This document shows, piece after piece, positions 26,521 through 41,330 of a DNA stretch of 64,000 bases (position 1 is its first letter; every line of letters begins with the position of its first letter). Origin of the DNA: Octopus vulgaris. Taxonomy: Eukaryota. The notes under the pieces were generated by a model that had not been told where the DNA came from, ran no database searches, and saw nothing but the letters and a program-made list of their open reading frames with translations. The position numbers and the translations under genes were made by a program. Location of the stretch: the NCBI GenBank assembly GCA_951406725.2, contig OX597819.1, forward strand, positions 99,696,001-99,760,000. Reading direction: 5' to 3'.

Positions 26521-26953
26521 AGAAAGCCCAATAGAAATAAAAAGAATAATTCTTTCTACTAAAGGCACAAGGTCTGAAATTTGTGGGTGGGGTTCGATCG
26601 CTTCGACCACAGTACTTGACTGGTACTTAATTAATTGATTCCGAAAGGATAAAAGGCAAAGTCGACCTCGGCGGAATTTGAACTCAGATGAAACATAGCA
26701 ATCAAATTCATAGAGAAACTGGAGATGTAATCGAATATTCAAGCAGAAAAGATACGAAAACAGTCCTAGTTTTCAAATCACTATCTCAATTATTTTCTAG
26801 CCCTGACCTGCTGTCAACAAGAACAGAAATCAGTCACACCATCGCAAGAAAGCTATAAAGATCAATGCGATGAAACATGAGACAAGGAAGTTACTGAATG
26901 ACATCATGAATGAAATCTTTGGTTTTATCAATTTTCATACATGCAAATTCACT

Positions 26954-27028
<75 letters not shown>

Positions 27029-27225
27029 ATAAAAAAAACATAACTGCATATATGTGTTTGAATAAATTTATAAAGTGTAAGAATAAAATGCATGAATAAA
27101 GTGCTTTCGAAACAACTGTAGTAAATTTCAAATACTAATTGTGTTTTACTTTCATACCTAAGCCGCATCTGGAATTAACCCTGAGTCGTATCAACCCTTT
27201 ATATTGCTTTAAGCACCTATTTATA

Positions 27226-28150
27226 TATTAGGTCATCCCATAAATAAAGCGATTTTTTCAATTGCATGAACTAAAAGTCAGTGAGGCGGTGATATACTAT
27301 CTGCATCATCTTGCAAGGAAAACGTAATAATTTTACCTTGTACTTTTTCTTATGCAAGTTTTGAAAATTGCAGTTCAATTTAAACAGCTATTTATTTTTC
27401 AAAGCTATAACTGTTTGGACTTGGTCATTGAACCATTTATCATCGGAAAAGTCCGTAAATTGAGTCAGTGGTTTCCTCACAAACTTTCCGAGTCTGCGCT
27501 CTTCTTTGCAGTCACGTCTCCCGAATGACACTATATTGGACATAATTGAGACCGATGACGAAAAAAAGGTTCTCTATAAATATGTAAAGCCCCATAAACA
27601 GTGAGTAGGGAAGGAGAAACACCGGCACCCCAGGTTAAAGAATGTCCTCTTCCATCAAAAGCGTTGTTATCTGTTTGGTGGGATATGAAAGTTTTAGTCC
27701 ACTTTCAACTTTTAAACCCAAACCAAACTAGGACAAATGAGCAGCTGCGAGCAGCTTCAGCGGCTTAAGTCAGTGCTAGAAGAAAAACAACCATCTTTGG
27801 TTTCAAGATGAAAGATGTTCTTCTATCAGGATAAATGCTCGTCCACATACAGTGAGGATGACATTCGAAAGGCTGGAGCAGTTTGAATGAGTAATGATGC
27901 TCTGCCCACTATATTGGCCGGACATAGCGCCACCTGATTATCATTTATTCCGTAGTCATTAAAATCATTGGACCGAAAGAATATGAATTCAGAACAGTAC
28001 TGGAGGAGTATTTTTCGTCAGGACAAGTGAATTTTGGAATAGGGGTCTTGCAAGTCTACTAGATAGATGAAAGACTATTGTAGCAAATAAAGGAGAGTAT
28101 ACTTTGTTTATCTTAATTTTGAAAATATAAAAATGCATGAGAAATATATA
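27226..28150 (+). mobile_element. decayed mariner transposon
   Basis: Remnants LLSVWWDMK, FYQDK and PPYWPDIAPPDYHLFRS. Confidence 0.75.
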
Positions 28151-28700
28151 TAAACACATTAAATTGTATAGTCCTACTTACTAATAAAAGTTAGGATAAA
28201 AAAACAGTGTTAAAAAAAAGATCATAAGATGTCCACGGTATAGTGTATAAAGTAATAAAAAGTCTAGGGTGTTGTGTATAAAAAATTATTAATACTTAGT
28301 TTTCATGTTTTTTTCCAAAGTATCAAATGCATTCTCCTATGGACTTTTCTGGGGAACAGTAATTGTTGTAAATAATAGATGTTCATATCCAAAATTTTAG
28401 ATAACTGCCTCCATTATCACATAATTTTTCTGTATTCTACCTTCCAGCCTGCATTTTTCCTGTGCGTATATAGACGTGCGCGGGTATGCGCGTATATAGA
28501 CGTGTCTGCATGCGTGCATACGGGTATGTGTGTATATAGACATGGTTTACTCTTTGCTTATTTTTATACTCTCTTACACGTTTCTTTCTGCATTGTTATC
28601 CTTAGCCCTGTTTTTTTCTGTGCTTGTGCGTATATAAACGTGTGTATGAACTTTTTGGAGCGCGTATGTGTTTGGGATTGAATATATATATGTGTATATA

Positions 28701-28834
<134 letters not shown>

Positions 28835-29103
28835 CGAATGGTGCGAGTGAGAATGTGCACGTTTCAAGTGAGGGTGAATGAGTGTATACTTTTAGGCGCA
28901 TGGACGTGGGTGCGCGGGGGTGCATGTGTAGGTATGGACATGCGCGCTTACGCGAATATTATGAACTTTTTTACCTCCTTACTTTTACTCCCTCCCCTCA
29001 CTTAGCGGTCATTCAAATAGGTCTTTTGTCTTAATAGCGGTCAATCACACAGTAATTTCCCTTTGTATAACGGTCATTTTCATTGCTTTTTTTCCGATGG
29101 CCG

Positions 29104-29164
29104 GATAACTGAAGAGATGGCGGTGTAGATTTCCACGTCCGCATCCGAAACTCGGAGTTTTATC
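29104..29164 (+). ncRNA. minimal type I hammerhead motif near the end of a PLE-like remnant, followed by (TA)n
   Basis: gataa-CTGAAGA-gatggcgg...ccgcatcc-GAAA-ctcggag-TT-ttatc. Confidence 0.65.
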
Positions 29165-29196
29165 ATGGCTACCGAATAGATGTCACATATTACATT

Positions 29197-29261
<65 letters not shown>

Positions 29262-30533
29262 ATGTGTATGTATAGATGCATACAAAGATTGTTGTTGTTA
29301 TTCTTCTTTTTCCTCTTCTTCTTCTTCCTCTTCTTCTTCTTCTTCTTCTCATATGCAGTAATACCTTATGTTACTTTGAGGCGGTGCTTTGGCAGACACG
29401 TTAGAATGCCGACAGAAATGCTTTTACGCTATTTTGTCCGTCCTCATGTTCTGAGTCCCAATTTGTCAGGGGTCGACTTTGCCTGTCATCCTTACAGGGC
29501 CGACAAAATAAGTACCATTTGAACACTGGCGTCAATGTAATCGATTTTGAAATTAATGTTATAGTTGTTTTCTTCACCTTTCACGCCATCATGCAGTTTA
29601 TAGCATGTAGCATGTGAATTCCTGAAGATTTAGTAGTTATTTTTAGGAAATCAGCATCTGATGTTTGTGTATCGCGTGGTAGTTAATTATATTGTAGTGT
29701 CGTGTTTAACCCCTCCCACTATGATGAACCTAACCAGAAGGTTCTATTTTAGTTACATACAACTTTAAGATGAACTCAATCAAGAGTTACTTACCTTCCA
29801 ATTCAGAAAGGTTCTGAAGAGTTTCTTCCCCTGAATCTTCAACTACTACATACGGATTTTAGATGAAAAATTATTTGAGAACTTAAATATCGCTGTCGTT
29901 ACCATAACCGCACATTTTGTTTTATTGTACACATCATCATAACCACGCATATTTGTGTTGTATTACACACATTTAACGATGTTCATATGTAACTTTGCCG
30001 TATATAAAATGCGTGTCTGCATGCGTGCGTGTGTGTATATGTGTGTGTTGTGCTTGTATGTTTGTGTGTGTGACAGCGTGCGATCGCTTATAGAGCCCGT
30101 GGGAGTAAGACACTGAACAGCGATCCAAAAATGTCTCTGCTTAACATTATTTCACACCTGTAAGAAATAATTATGTATTCTCTCTTACTTCTCGCGAGTC
30201 ACCTTCCATGTAAATGCAGATATGTACTCCAAATTCACAGTATGTCATATACTACATATTCTGTCCCAATTGTAAAGAAAATTGTACTGGCTAAACCAGC
30301 AATTCCCTTTGCCAATGTGCAACAATCCACAGACAACATATCAAAGAAAAACAGTTACACAACATTCTTCTAAGTAATAGTCCGGAAATATATGCAAAAA
30401 GTAGATTCAAGATATTTCCCTACTACAAATGTCCAAGTGATGACCCAACGTAGCAGAAAGCAAATAAATGCATTTTATCAAAAACTCCTGTACTAAAAAT
30501 CAATGTATAAAAACAAAAAGATATATTTATAAC

Positions 30534-30849
30534 AATTGCAGCGTGGAAGGTGTTTGTAAGCCATTTAAGAAACACACAAAAGCCGTTCGATTCACTTCAA
30601 CATTTAAGTTTAATTTGTCAAAATATTTTCGTGCTGCATCTCGGAGATGCAGCACGGATTTTTGTCAGTGAACAGGTCGCGGTCTTAAAGCGACGAAAAT
30701 ATTATAAACAAATTAAACTTAAATGTTGAAGTGAATCGAACGGCTTTTGTGTGTTTCTTAAATGGCTTACAAACACCTTCCACGTTGCAATTGTTTTCGT
30801 TTCAGCACACGATCTCAGATCAAATCACTTGCTATGCAAGTACATCTCC
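30534..30849 (+). mobile_element. small foldback element with ~100-bp inverted arms, 14-bp target-site duplication and a G3:C8 hammerhead-like core; related copy 31253-31460
   Basis: Arms 30531-30632 and 30692-30794. GATATATTTATAAC at 30520-30533 and 30850-30863. tttgtca-GTGAACA-g-gtcgc..gcgac-GAAA-atatt. Confidence 0.7.
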
Positions 30850-31133
30850 GATATATTTATAACGAGGTAAAAAATCCCCATTAAAAATGCTAGAGTCACA
30901 GATGAATCAAATCAGATTACAACTAGATATTATTAACATCCTCTATTCAAGTTTTTTTTCCAACTAACTCAGAAATATATAAAAATAATGAATTTACTGT
31001 AAATAAATCACTCATGATGAATCTCTTAAATGAGGTGAGAGGGCTAAATCTACAAAATTCTGATTACCTCCTTTTTTCTTATTGTGTAAAATCTGCACAC
31101 CACTTCAAACTATCAATACACAAATATTTATGC

Positions 31134-31236
<103 letters not shown>

Positions 31237-31673
31237 CACACACACACATATGAAATTGCAGCGGGGAAGGACCAGTTCACTGTTAAAATTTCGATGCAGC
31301 ACGAAGTTTTGTCAGTGAACAGGTCGCAGTTTCAAAGCAACAAAAATATTTTGACACAAATTCAATTTAAATGTTGAACTGAATCTAACGGCTTTATGTG
31401 TGTTTTTAAATGGCTTATAAATGCCTTCCACGCTGCAATTACTTTTGTTTCAGTACACGAACAATGATAAATATCAAAGTGAGTTATATACAGCAGCGGT
31501 AACACATCGTGACGTATTTTTGCCATTTCAATATGGCTAACCCCTAAGGGTGGATGCTACTGTAGTTTTTAGCCCCAGGAGGACACACTCCTCCAGCTGG
31601 CCATAGACACACTATCGGTGTCCTGTCAGTATTTGCAAAGGGAAGTCATCCTTCCCGTGTTCAACTTATGATA

Positions 31674-31718
31674 CACACGGACTCGAGTTTCGAGATATTG
31701 ACCTCTCGTCAGCGTGTG
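31674..31718 (-). ncRNA. type I hammerhead ribozyme, array copy 1
   Basis: cacacg-CTGACGA-gaggt caat atctc-GAAA-ctcgag-TC-cgtgtg; predicted cleavage after GUC, between 31680 and 31679. Confidence 0.88.
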
Positions 31719-32026
31719 ACAATCATAGTTGTCGCCGAGAATTAGATTTCCTTCACAAATACTTATACTTTTTCCAGCGTCCACTGTCGCTGATATTGAA
31801 AAAGTGAAATCAAACAATGATAAATATCAAAGTGAGTTATATACAGTAGCGGTAACACATCGTGACGTATTTTTGCCATTTCAATATGGCTAACCCCTAA
31901 GGGTGGATGCTACTGTAGTTTTTAGCCCCAGGAGGACACACTCCTCCAGCTGGCCATAGACACACTATCTGTGTCCTGTCAGTATTTGCAAAGGGAAGTC
32001 ATCCTTCCCGTCTTCAACTTATGATA

Positions 32027-32071
32027 CACACGGACTCGAGTTTCGAGGTATTGACCTCTCGTCAGCGTGTG
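32027..32071 (-). ncRNA. type I hammerhead ribozyme, array copy 2
   Basis: cacacg-CTGACGA-gaggt caat acctc-GAAA-ctcgag-TC-cgtgtg. Confidence 0.92.
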
Positions 32072-32379
32072 ACAATCATAGTTGTCGCCGAGAATTAGAT
32101 TTCCTTCACAAATACTTATACTTTTTCCAGCGTCCACTGTCGCTGATATTGAAAAAGTGAAATCAAACAATGATAAATATCAAAGTGAGTTATATACAGT
32201 AGCGGTAACACATCGTGACGTATTTTTGCCATTTCAATATGGCTAACCCCTAAGGGTGGATGCTACTGTAGTTTTTAGCCCCAGGAGGACACACTCCTCC
32301 AGCTGGCCATAGACACACTATCTGTGTCCTGTCAGTATTTGCAAAGGGAAGTCATCCTTCCCGTCTTCAACTTATGATA

Positions 32380-32424
32380 CACACGGACTCGAGTTTCGAG
32401 GTATTGACCTCTCGTCAGCGTGTG
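32380..32424 (-). ncRNA. type I hammerhead ribozyme, array copy 3
   Basis: Identical to copy 2. Confidence 0.92.
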
Positions 32425-32742
32425 ACAATCATAGTTGTCGCCGAGAATTAGATTTCCTTCACAAATACTTATACTTTTTCCAGCGTCCACTGTCGCTGAT
32501 ATTGAAAAAGTGAAATCAAACAATGATAAATATCAAAGTGAGTTATATACAGTAGCGGTAACACATCGTGAACGAGTATTTTTGCCATTTGACAATATGG
32601 CTAACCCCTAAGGGTGGATGCTACTGTAGTTTTTAGCCCCAGGAGGACTGTACACTCACTCCAGCATGGCCATAGACACACTATCTGTGTCCTGTCAGTA
32701 TTTGCAAAGGGAAGTCATCCTTCCCGTCTTCAACTTATGATA

Positions 32743-32787
32743 CACACGGACTCGAGTTTCGAGGTATTGACCTCTCGTCAGCGTGTG
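32743..32787 (-). ncRNA. type I hammerhead ribozyme, array copy 4
   Basis: Identical to copy 2. Confidence 0.92.
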
Positions 32788-33174
32788 ACAATCATAGTTG
32801 TCGCCGAGAATTAGATTTCCTTCACTTTGAATACTTATACTTTTTCCAGCGTCCACTGTCGCTGATATTGAAAAAGTGAAATCAAACAATGATAAATATC
32901 AAAGTGAGTTATATACAGTAGCGGTAACACATCGTGAACTCGAGTCCGTGTGTATCATAAGTTGAAGACGGGAAGGATGACTTCCCTTTGCAAATACTGA
33001 CAGGACACAGATAGTGTGTCTATGGCCAGCTGGAGGAGTGTGTCCTCCTGGGGCTAAAAACTACAGTAGCATCCACTCTTAGGGGTTAGCCATATTGAAA
33101 TGGCAAAAATACGTCACTATATATATATATATATTTATAATAACGTCACTATATATATATATATATTTATATAT

Positions 33175-35090
33175 AACGGGAAGCTTTATGAAAATAGACA
33201 AAAGACGAAGGCAGGTGGAAAACAAACAAACAATTGTATTAGTATGGCGCTCAGGAAATATAAATAAAACAAGTCTTTAACGATTCGAGCCTACGCTCTT
33301 CAACAGAAAGATACACAGAGAGAAAAAAAACACAGAAAGAAGGAGAGAAAAAAATGCGTGCAGTAACTAACGAATCAACATGGCGATCTGACTTCGGCCA
33401 GAGGTCAAAGATCAAACATGAGACGCGAGAGCGAAATAAGGGGAGATAATAGGGTTGATAATAGGGTTGAATGACCCTAGGATAGGTCTGGACAGGTGTA
33501 TGTATGGGGTTGGTGTATGTATTAGTATGTATTAGTATGTATTAGTACGTATTAGTATGTATAAGTGTGTGTGTATGAGAGAGTATAAGTGCGTATGAGG
33601 GGTCTGGACGTGTGTATGTATAGGGTTGGTGTATGTATTAGTATGTATTAGTACGTATTAGTATGTATTAGTTAGTGTATGTATTAGTATGGAACATCAT
33701 ATAGGATGTGATGTGTAAAGTCGTGTGGTGTAGTGAGGAGAAGAGGGGGAGGGGGAGAAGAGGGGGAGAAGGGGAGGGGAAGAAGAGAGGGGAAGAGGAG
33801 AGGAGGGGGGGAGAGGAGGGGAGAAGGAAGGGGAGGAAAGAGGGGGAGAGGGAGAGAGAAGGGGAGTGAGGGAGCAGAGGGAAGAGGGAAGGAGGGAGGG
33901 AGAAAGAGGGAAGAAGGGAAGGGGAGTAGGTGTGAAAGGATGAAGGACTGAAGAAGTAGGGGTCGGGGGGAAGGATAGGTGAGGAGGGGGAGAGGGGGGT
34001 TAGATGAGGAGGTGGGGAGAGTTGAGACCAAATGGCGTATAAGAGCGAAGAGAGAAGATTAATTCCTGTTCACGGCGCAAACGTGAATCCGGATGGCCTC
34101 TGTGTAAGGACAAACCGAACACAGATAGGTGTTGCAAGGAGTGACCGGTGGAGCGGAAATGGCGTGAGACCGGTGTGCCGTTCGCAAGGTGGATGTCACG
34201 AAAGTGTTCCGCGAACCGGTCAGCCAAGCGGCGTCCCGTTTGTCCGATGTACAAGGAATTGCAGAGAGAGCAAGAGATGCAATAGATAATATTGCTGGAG
34301 GTGCAGGTGAAGGAGTGGATGATGGGATAGGGTCGATGGTGGGTGTTAGTGAGGCGGGTGGTGTTGGAGAGGTAAGGGCAAGTGCGGCAACGTGGGCGGG
34401 AGCAGGGGAACGAGCCGGGTTGGGAGGTAGGGTCAGGGAAGGAGCTATGGACCAAAAGGTCTCGAAGGTTGTGGGCTCGTTTGAAAGAGGGGAGGGGTCG
34501 GTTAGGGAAGAGGTGTGAAGTGGACGGGTCGGACTGGAGATGACGTAGGGTCGTGGGGTGGTAAGTGAGGGGAAAAGGGAGGCGGGAGACTACAGGGCGG
34601 GTTCGGGGAGAGAGAGCAGATACACGGTCCACGGACCGTGCTCTGGCAAGGGCGGTGTGTATAGTGGTGAGGGGGTATCCACGTAGGGTGAAGTGGTGAG
34701 CCATACGTTGAGACTGAGTCTCAAAGTCATGGTCGTCACTACAGAGCCTACGTAGACGTAGGAATTGGGAATAGGGGATGGAAAGCTTGGTGTGTTCTGG
34801 GTGGGAGGAAGAGAAGTTGAGGTATGAGTGTGAGTCTGTGTGTTTGTAGTGAATGGAGGTGGTAAGAGTGGAGTGAAGAATGCTAACCGAAATGTCGAGG
34901 AAGGAGACAGAGGTGTTGGAGATAGTGGAAGTGAAGTGGAGGGCTGGATGGAAAGATTGGACGAAAGAGAGGAAGGAATCTAGATGTTCACGGGAGAGTG
35001 AGGTGGCACCGATAATGTCGTCAATGTAACGACCATATAGTTCAGGAGTGGGACCAGTGAAATTAGAGAATATTTGGGCCTCAACATATG
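33175..35090 (-). mobile_element. 5'-truncated Penelope-like element (Neptune-like) with long 3' region
   Basis: RT plus GIY-YIG ORF, a pyrimidine-rich and tandem-repeat 3' region, and a degenerate hammerhead-like motif CTGTTGA-agagcgtaggctc-GAAT at ~33273-33310 (related remnant at ~43375-43450 +). Confidence 0.88.
34000..35090 (-). CDS. Penelope-like RT C-terminal half, Cys-rich linker and GIY-YIG endonuclease (5'-truncated, open)
   Basis: YGRYIDDII, VSFLDI, SSSHP, CSRPRCRTC, NIIYCISCSLCNSLYIGQTGRRLADRFAEH, PFGLN. Confidence 0.9.
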
Positions 35091-35099
35091 TATATATAT

Positions 35100-36281
35100 T
35101 TTTATCCAAGGGGAGGCAACAGGAGCAACAACCACAGGAACACCATAACATTCAAAGATAGACCAAACACATGCAAATCTTATATACTAGATGCGGTTTA
35201 TGCATAGGGGAGGCATACACTATATTGAAAAATTACAACAACGCAGTATTAAATAAGTTCGCTTATGCAATACCGGCGTGTACGCATAAGATCCACTCGA
35301 CATACCATAGGAAATTTAGAAATAGAAAAAGCAATAAAAGTTTGAGCTAAGCAATAACAACTGAATTTAAGTTTTGTAAATATAGTGAGGGGTAAATGAG
35401 ATTTAACTAAAGTAAAGTAATTATTAAAAAATAGCTAGGAAATTTAGAAGTAGAAATAGCAATAAAAGTTAGAGCTAACCAATAACAAGTGAATTAAGTT
35501 TAGTAAGTATAGTGAGTGGAAAACGAGATAAAACTAAGGTAATGTGATTATATGAAAAATAGCTGTTAGTCGAGGACTCGAACCTGAGTATGTGGCTTTG
35601 CATGTATGGGAGAATTTATAAAATTGGAATAAAATAAAATAAATTAAGTGCTGAAGTGAAACGGGCCAGATGGCGCTGCGTGCATACAATTTCCTATGGC
35701 GACTGTATCGAATGGTTTGCGTATAAAGTTCCATTCAGGATCGACGTAAAAATTTCTCTGGGAGTACGTAAATATCATGTTCTGAGAATGGCTGGTATGT
35801 GACTATGTATTTGTGTGCTTGTTCATGTTTTATATGTGTTGTATAGGACATCCTGACGAAGGGAGTGCCAATTTTTAAGTACTGATTTGTCTAGTATTGA
35901 TTGGCACATCCCCGAAAGATGATGAAATTCTGTATATCTTATATTTTTGTAAGCTTGTATGTGTATTATATTGTATGTACTATTCGCCGGAATTTTACTC
36001 GTATCTTGATATGCTATATTTTTATTTTATTATCACTATATTTAGTCCACTTATTCTAACAGTTTTAATCGTGTTATATGCAAAATTTATATTTATATTT
36101 ATATTTATATTTATATTTTCATTTGTATATGATACTTATATATTACTGAAATTTTAAATTTCTAATATGTCGGACTGTATAGTTATAAACTAGTATATAA
36201 GATTTGCCTGTGTTTGGTCTATTTTTGAATTTTGTGGTGTTCCTGTGGTTGTTGCTCCTGTTGCCTCCCCTTGGATAAAAA
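35100..36281 (+). mobile_element. non-coding element with ~90-bp terminal inverted repeats and an internal degenerate hammerhead-like motif
   Basis: 35100-35190 is the reverse complement of 36190-36281. Internal ~128-bp duplication (35310/35438). catc-CTGACGA-agggagtgccaat..attggcacatcccc-GAAA-gatg at ~35849-35925. Confidence 0.7.
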
Positions 36282-36496
36282 AGTGTATACAGCTCATTGG
36301 AGCACTTCTATTCCAGTCCGTTGTATATCTTGAGCGTTGTTGTCACTCAAGATATAACTTTATATTTTGTAATTATATATATATAGTTAAGGGGCACAGC
36401 GTTGATCATATGTCAGAGTGTGTATATATGAATTTTTTGCCTAATGAGATAAAAAAACCAAGGCTATGTAGATATTAGAACATTTATAGATAGAAG

Positions 36497-36548
36497 GTCT
36501 TACAGCTGTTTCCGGGATATTTATTAATTATATTCCTTCGTCGGAGAC
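36497..36548 (-). ncRNA. minimal hammerhead-like motif (U4C variant) inside a small foldback (36434-36609)
   Basis: Minus strand gtct-CCGACGA-aggaatat..atatcccg-GAAA-cagctg-TA-agac, with palindromic stem III. Confidence 0.6.
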
Positions 36549-36644
36549 GGTGTGAGAGGATGGTTAAGTAATAATTAATTGTTTTTTTTTATCTCATTAC
36601 GCAAAAAAATATTATTTGTATATATAAAATAGAAATTATATATA

Positions 36645-38350
<1,706 letters not shown>

Positions 38351-38380
38351 AGTACTGTTGTATATATATATACATACACC

Positions 38381-38676
<296 letters not shown>

Positions 38677-39662
38677 TAATTGTTGTACCTCCTGAGATGC
38701 TCTTGTGGCTTCTCCAAAGCTTTTCACCCTGTTGTTACTACTTTATTTATGGTCTATGGGGTAAATCACTTCTTCCTTAATGTCAATGTTTCCAACTTAA
38801 CGCAAAAATATGCAGAGATGGTCAACAAAAATAAAAATAAATGGTTGAGCCTATTAAGGCCATTGCCGAGTATTTAATACCTGAGCAATGCCGGGTACTT
38901 ATGCTAGTTCTTACTATATTTCAGCGAGGCCATCCTTTAGAAAGCGACTATATTCCCACTGTTGTACTCTACATGTAGTTTGTTTCTAATATGGCTGCAA
39001 CCATACGCTGAATATATTTCAGAGTAACATAGTTTTACGGGTAATTCTGGTTTTGTGCCAACATTTGAATCCAATATTTAATATAATCATACCAGTAATG
39101 TGAAAATTTAACTCAAAGAACTGTATCTATTTCATTTCACGAGTATATTTACCAGGAACGACAAGAAAGCAGCTAAAAATACATACTGAGAATATATATT
39201 TGCAAATTACGATTCAAATAAGGAGATATAAGCATTTTAACATTTTTGTTGCGTAACAGGAGATTTTATTGAGAGTACATAGCGTAATTAGGAAGTTAGA
39301 CTGCTATTATTACAGCAGCTGTTGATATTATTTTTGCTGTTATCTGCAATGCATTTTCAGAAACAAAAACTGTAAAACAATTGATGAAAACAATACACAA
39401 AATTGAAGTTAGTTACATTTGCTCAATTATATAAATATTCTTTGTCTTCATGTCACAAATTTGTTCTTCCGTAGAGATAGTGTATGCATGTGTGTCTGTT
39501 GTTCAGTATGTATAGGTCATATAAATATTTCATTCGAATTGTACAGTTAAAAGTGGGTATTGACAATTCTGTCGCAATTTATGAGTAAATGTTTAAAAAA
39601 TACACGATTTCAAAGAAAATCCTCAGTTCCAGTAAGGTTGAACTCTATAGTTCAGTAGTGTA

Positions 39663-39840
39663 TCAAACAGATTTCTTTTCTTGCTTCAAATCGTTTGACT
39701 GTTTGTCGTTGACGTTTTTCAGCCAAGTATATAAAGGGTTAAAATAATTCAAGATTGGTCGAGATGAAATTGTTGCAGTTCCAGTTAACCTCTTCAGAGA
39801 TTGAGGCCATGAAAAACTGGAACCGAGTTCCATGAAATCT
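39663..39840 (-). CDS. ACE: ACE-like terminal exon ([20 protein letters not shown]...[16 protein letters not shown]...KKSV*)
   Basis: Acceptor tattttacag, TGA at 39665-39663. Matches the LGxSxxW...YFxPLxxWL end of the M2 domain. Confidence 0.9.
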
Positions 39841-41298
39841 CTGTAAAATACAGCAAGATAAAATATATTCAGTAATTTAAAATATTATTAATGATAGTGG
39901 TAATAATAATGTCTTACTTAGGCAAAAGATCATAATTTTTAGATAGAAAGAATAAGATTATGTGATGTTCATTCGTGTGATGTAGGAAGAGGGTGGTAGG
40001 TGACAATGAGAGCTAGGGCCAACTCCTAAGTAAAGTTTGTATATAATATTGGGTTGTCCGGAAAGTACGTGCCGATTTATAGTAGCTTAACTTTCGACTT
40101 ATTTTAGAACATGGTTGAGTCCAAAAAATAGGATTTGACTACACCTCCATTTAGAGCACAGTTTAAGCTATCTTTTCGTGGAAGAAGATTTATGTTCCTA
40201 TAAGCTGTGTTAATTCTGTAACCCTTTAAAATGGAAGATAAGAAAGTTCATTTTTGGTACTTGATGCTTTGGGAACCAGACAAAAATTGCTGCAGCTCGG
40301 CTAGGATGTGTTACCCCACCCCCCATATTCACCAGATATTGCTCCTTCGGATTTCCATTTATTCAGGTCTCTGCAGAATAGTCTTAATGGCAAAAATTTC
40401 AATTCCTTGGATGACGTAAAAAGATACCTTGATGAATTCTTTGTCATGAAACTACCTCATTTCTGGGAAGAAGGTATTTTCAAGTTAAAGGAAAGACGGA
40501 AAGATGGAGATGCATTGTGCATATTTAAGATATGATTAAAAATATAATAGCAAGTATTCATTGACCTTTCTCTTTCCTTTAAAAATCAGCACGAACTTTC
40601 CGGACAACCCAATATTTTACCAAAACAGAGGCGGTGAGCTGACAGTATCGTCAGGAGGACAAGCAAAATGCATAGCGTTATTTTCTGCGTTGATGTTCTG
40701 AGTGCAAATTTCGCCGAGGTTGACTTTGGTTTCATTAGTTTGAGGTCGACTTTGCTTTCATCAGTTTGAGATCGGCTAGTTGAGTGCTGGTCGGTGTAAT
40801 TGAGGTACCTCACTCCCCGAAATAGCTGCCCTTGTGCCAAAATTTGAAACGAATGTTTACCAAAGCAAAATAATATATTTGTGCTAATTAGCGGCTTAGG
40901 TCTGAAATTTGTTGGTCTTGGTAAAAATATCCATTAATTTTCGGACATGTACATTAATTTGCTCAGTAATTAACATCGTATTGACTTTAAGCTTAGGCAA
41001 TCAATCATAAATCGTAATCAGCTGCATACAGCTCACTCTATATAACTACGCGAAATGCAGAGAAATATTTTGGCACAAATTGATTGAGTCTCTTCTGCAT
41101 GGTCAAACTGAATCTCAGAGAGAGAGGGGGTAGTGGGGGAGAGAGTGGGAGTGGAGAGAGAGAGAGGAGGGGAGTGGGGAGAGAGAGAAATGTACAGAGT
41201 GAGAGAAGGCAAGAAAGAGAGACTGTATATATATACACGCATATATATGTGCATGTATGTAAATGCATGAATATATAATTAAACACACACACACACAC

Positions 41299-41330
<32 letters not shown>

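Larger units (their letters stand above)
31460..33117 (-). mobile_element. retrozyme array: ~4.2 tandem copies of a 353-bp unit plus an inverted 180-bp terminal segment
   Basis: Period 353 (ORF-track repeats at 31626, 31979, 32332). The fourth unit has small insertions. Each unit has a hammerhead. Inverted segment 32938-33117. Confidence 0.9.

Noticed and set aside
29794-29841. Possible minus-strand exon ending at AAG|GTAAGT
   Set aside because: Strong donor but weak acceptor, no recognisable product and no supported partner exons.
31626-32889. Repeated 63-aa ORF MFDFTFSISAT...
   Set aside because: It is a by-product of the 353-bp repeat with a non-ATG start and no recognisable domain. The RNA structure explains the sequence better.
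31460-32937. CRISPR array or plain satellite interpretation
   Set aside because: The context is eukaryotic, there are no unique spacers or cas genes, and each unit contains a full hammerhead.
33684-34031. Pro/Leu/Ser-rich and Gly/Arg/Glu-rich ORFs
   Set aside because: Low-complexity GA tract in the Penelope 3' region.
41037-41113. IQFDH... segment as the ACE YFxSxxxQFQ exon
   Set aside because: The true exon is 41523-41401, which fits in length, phase and sequence.
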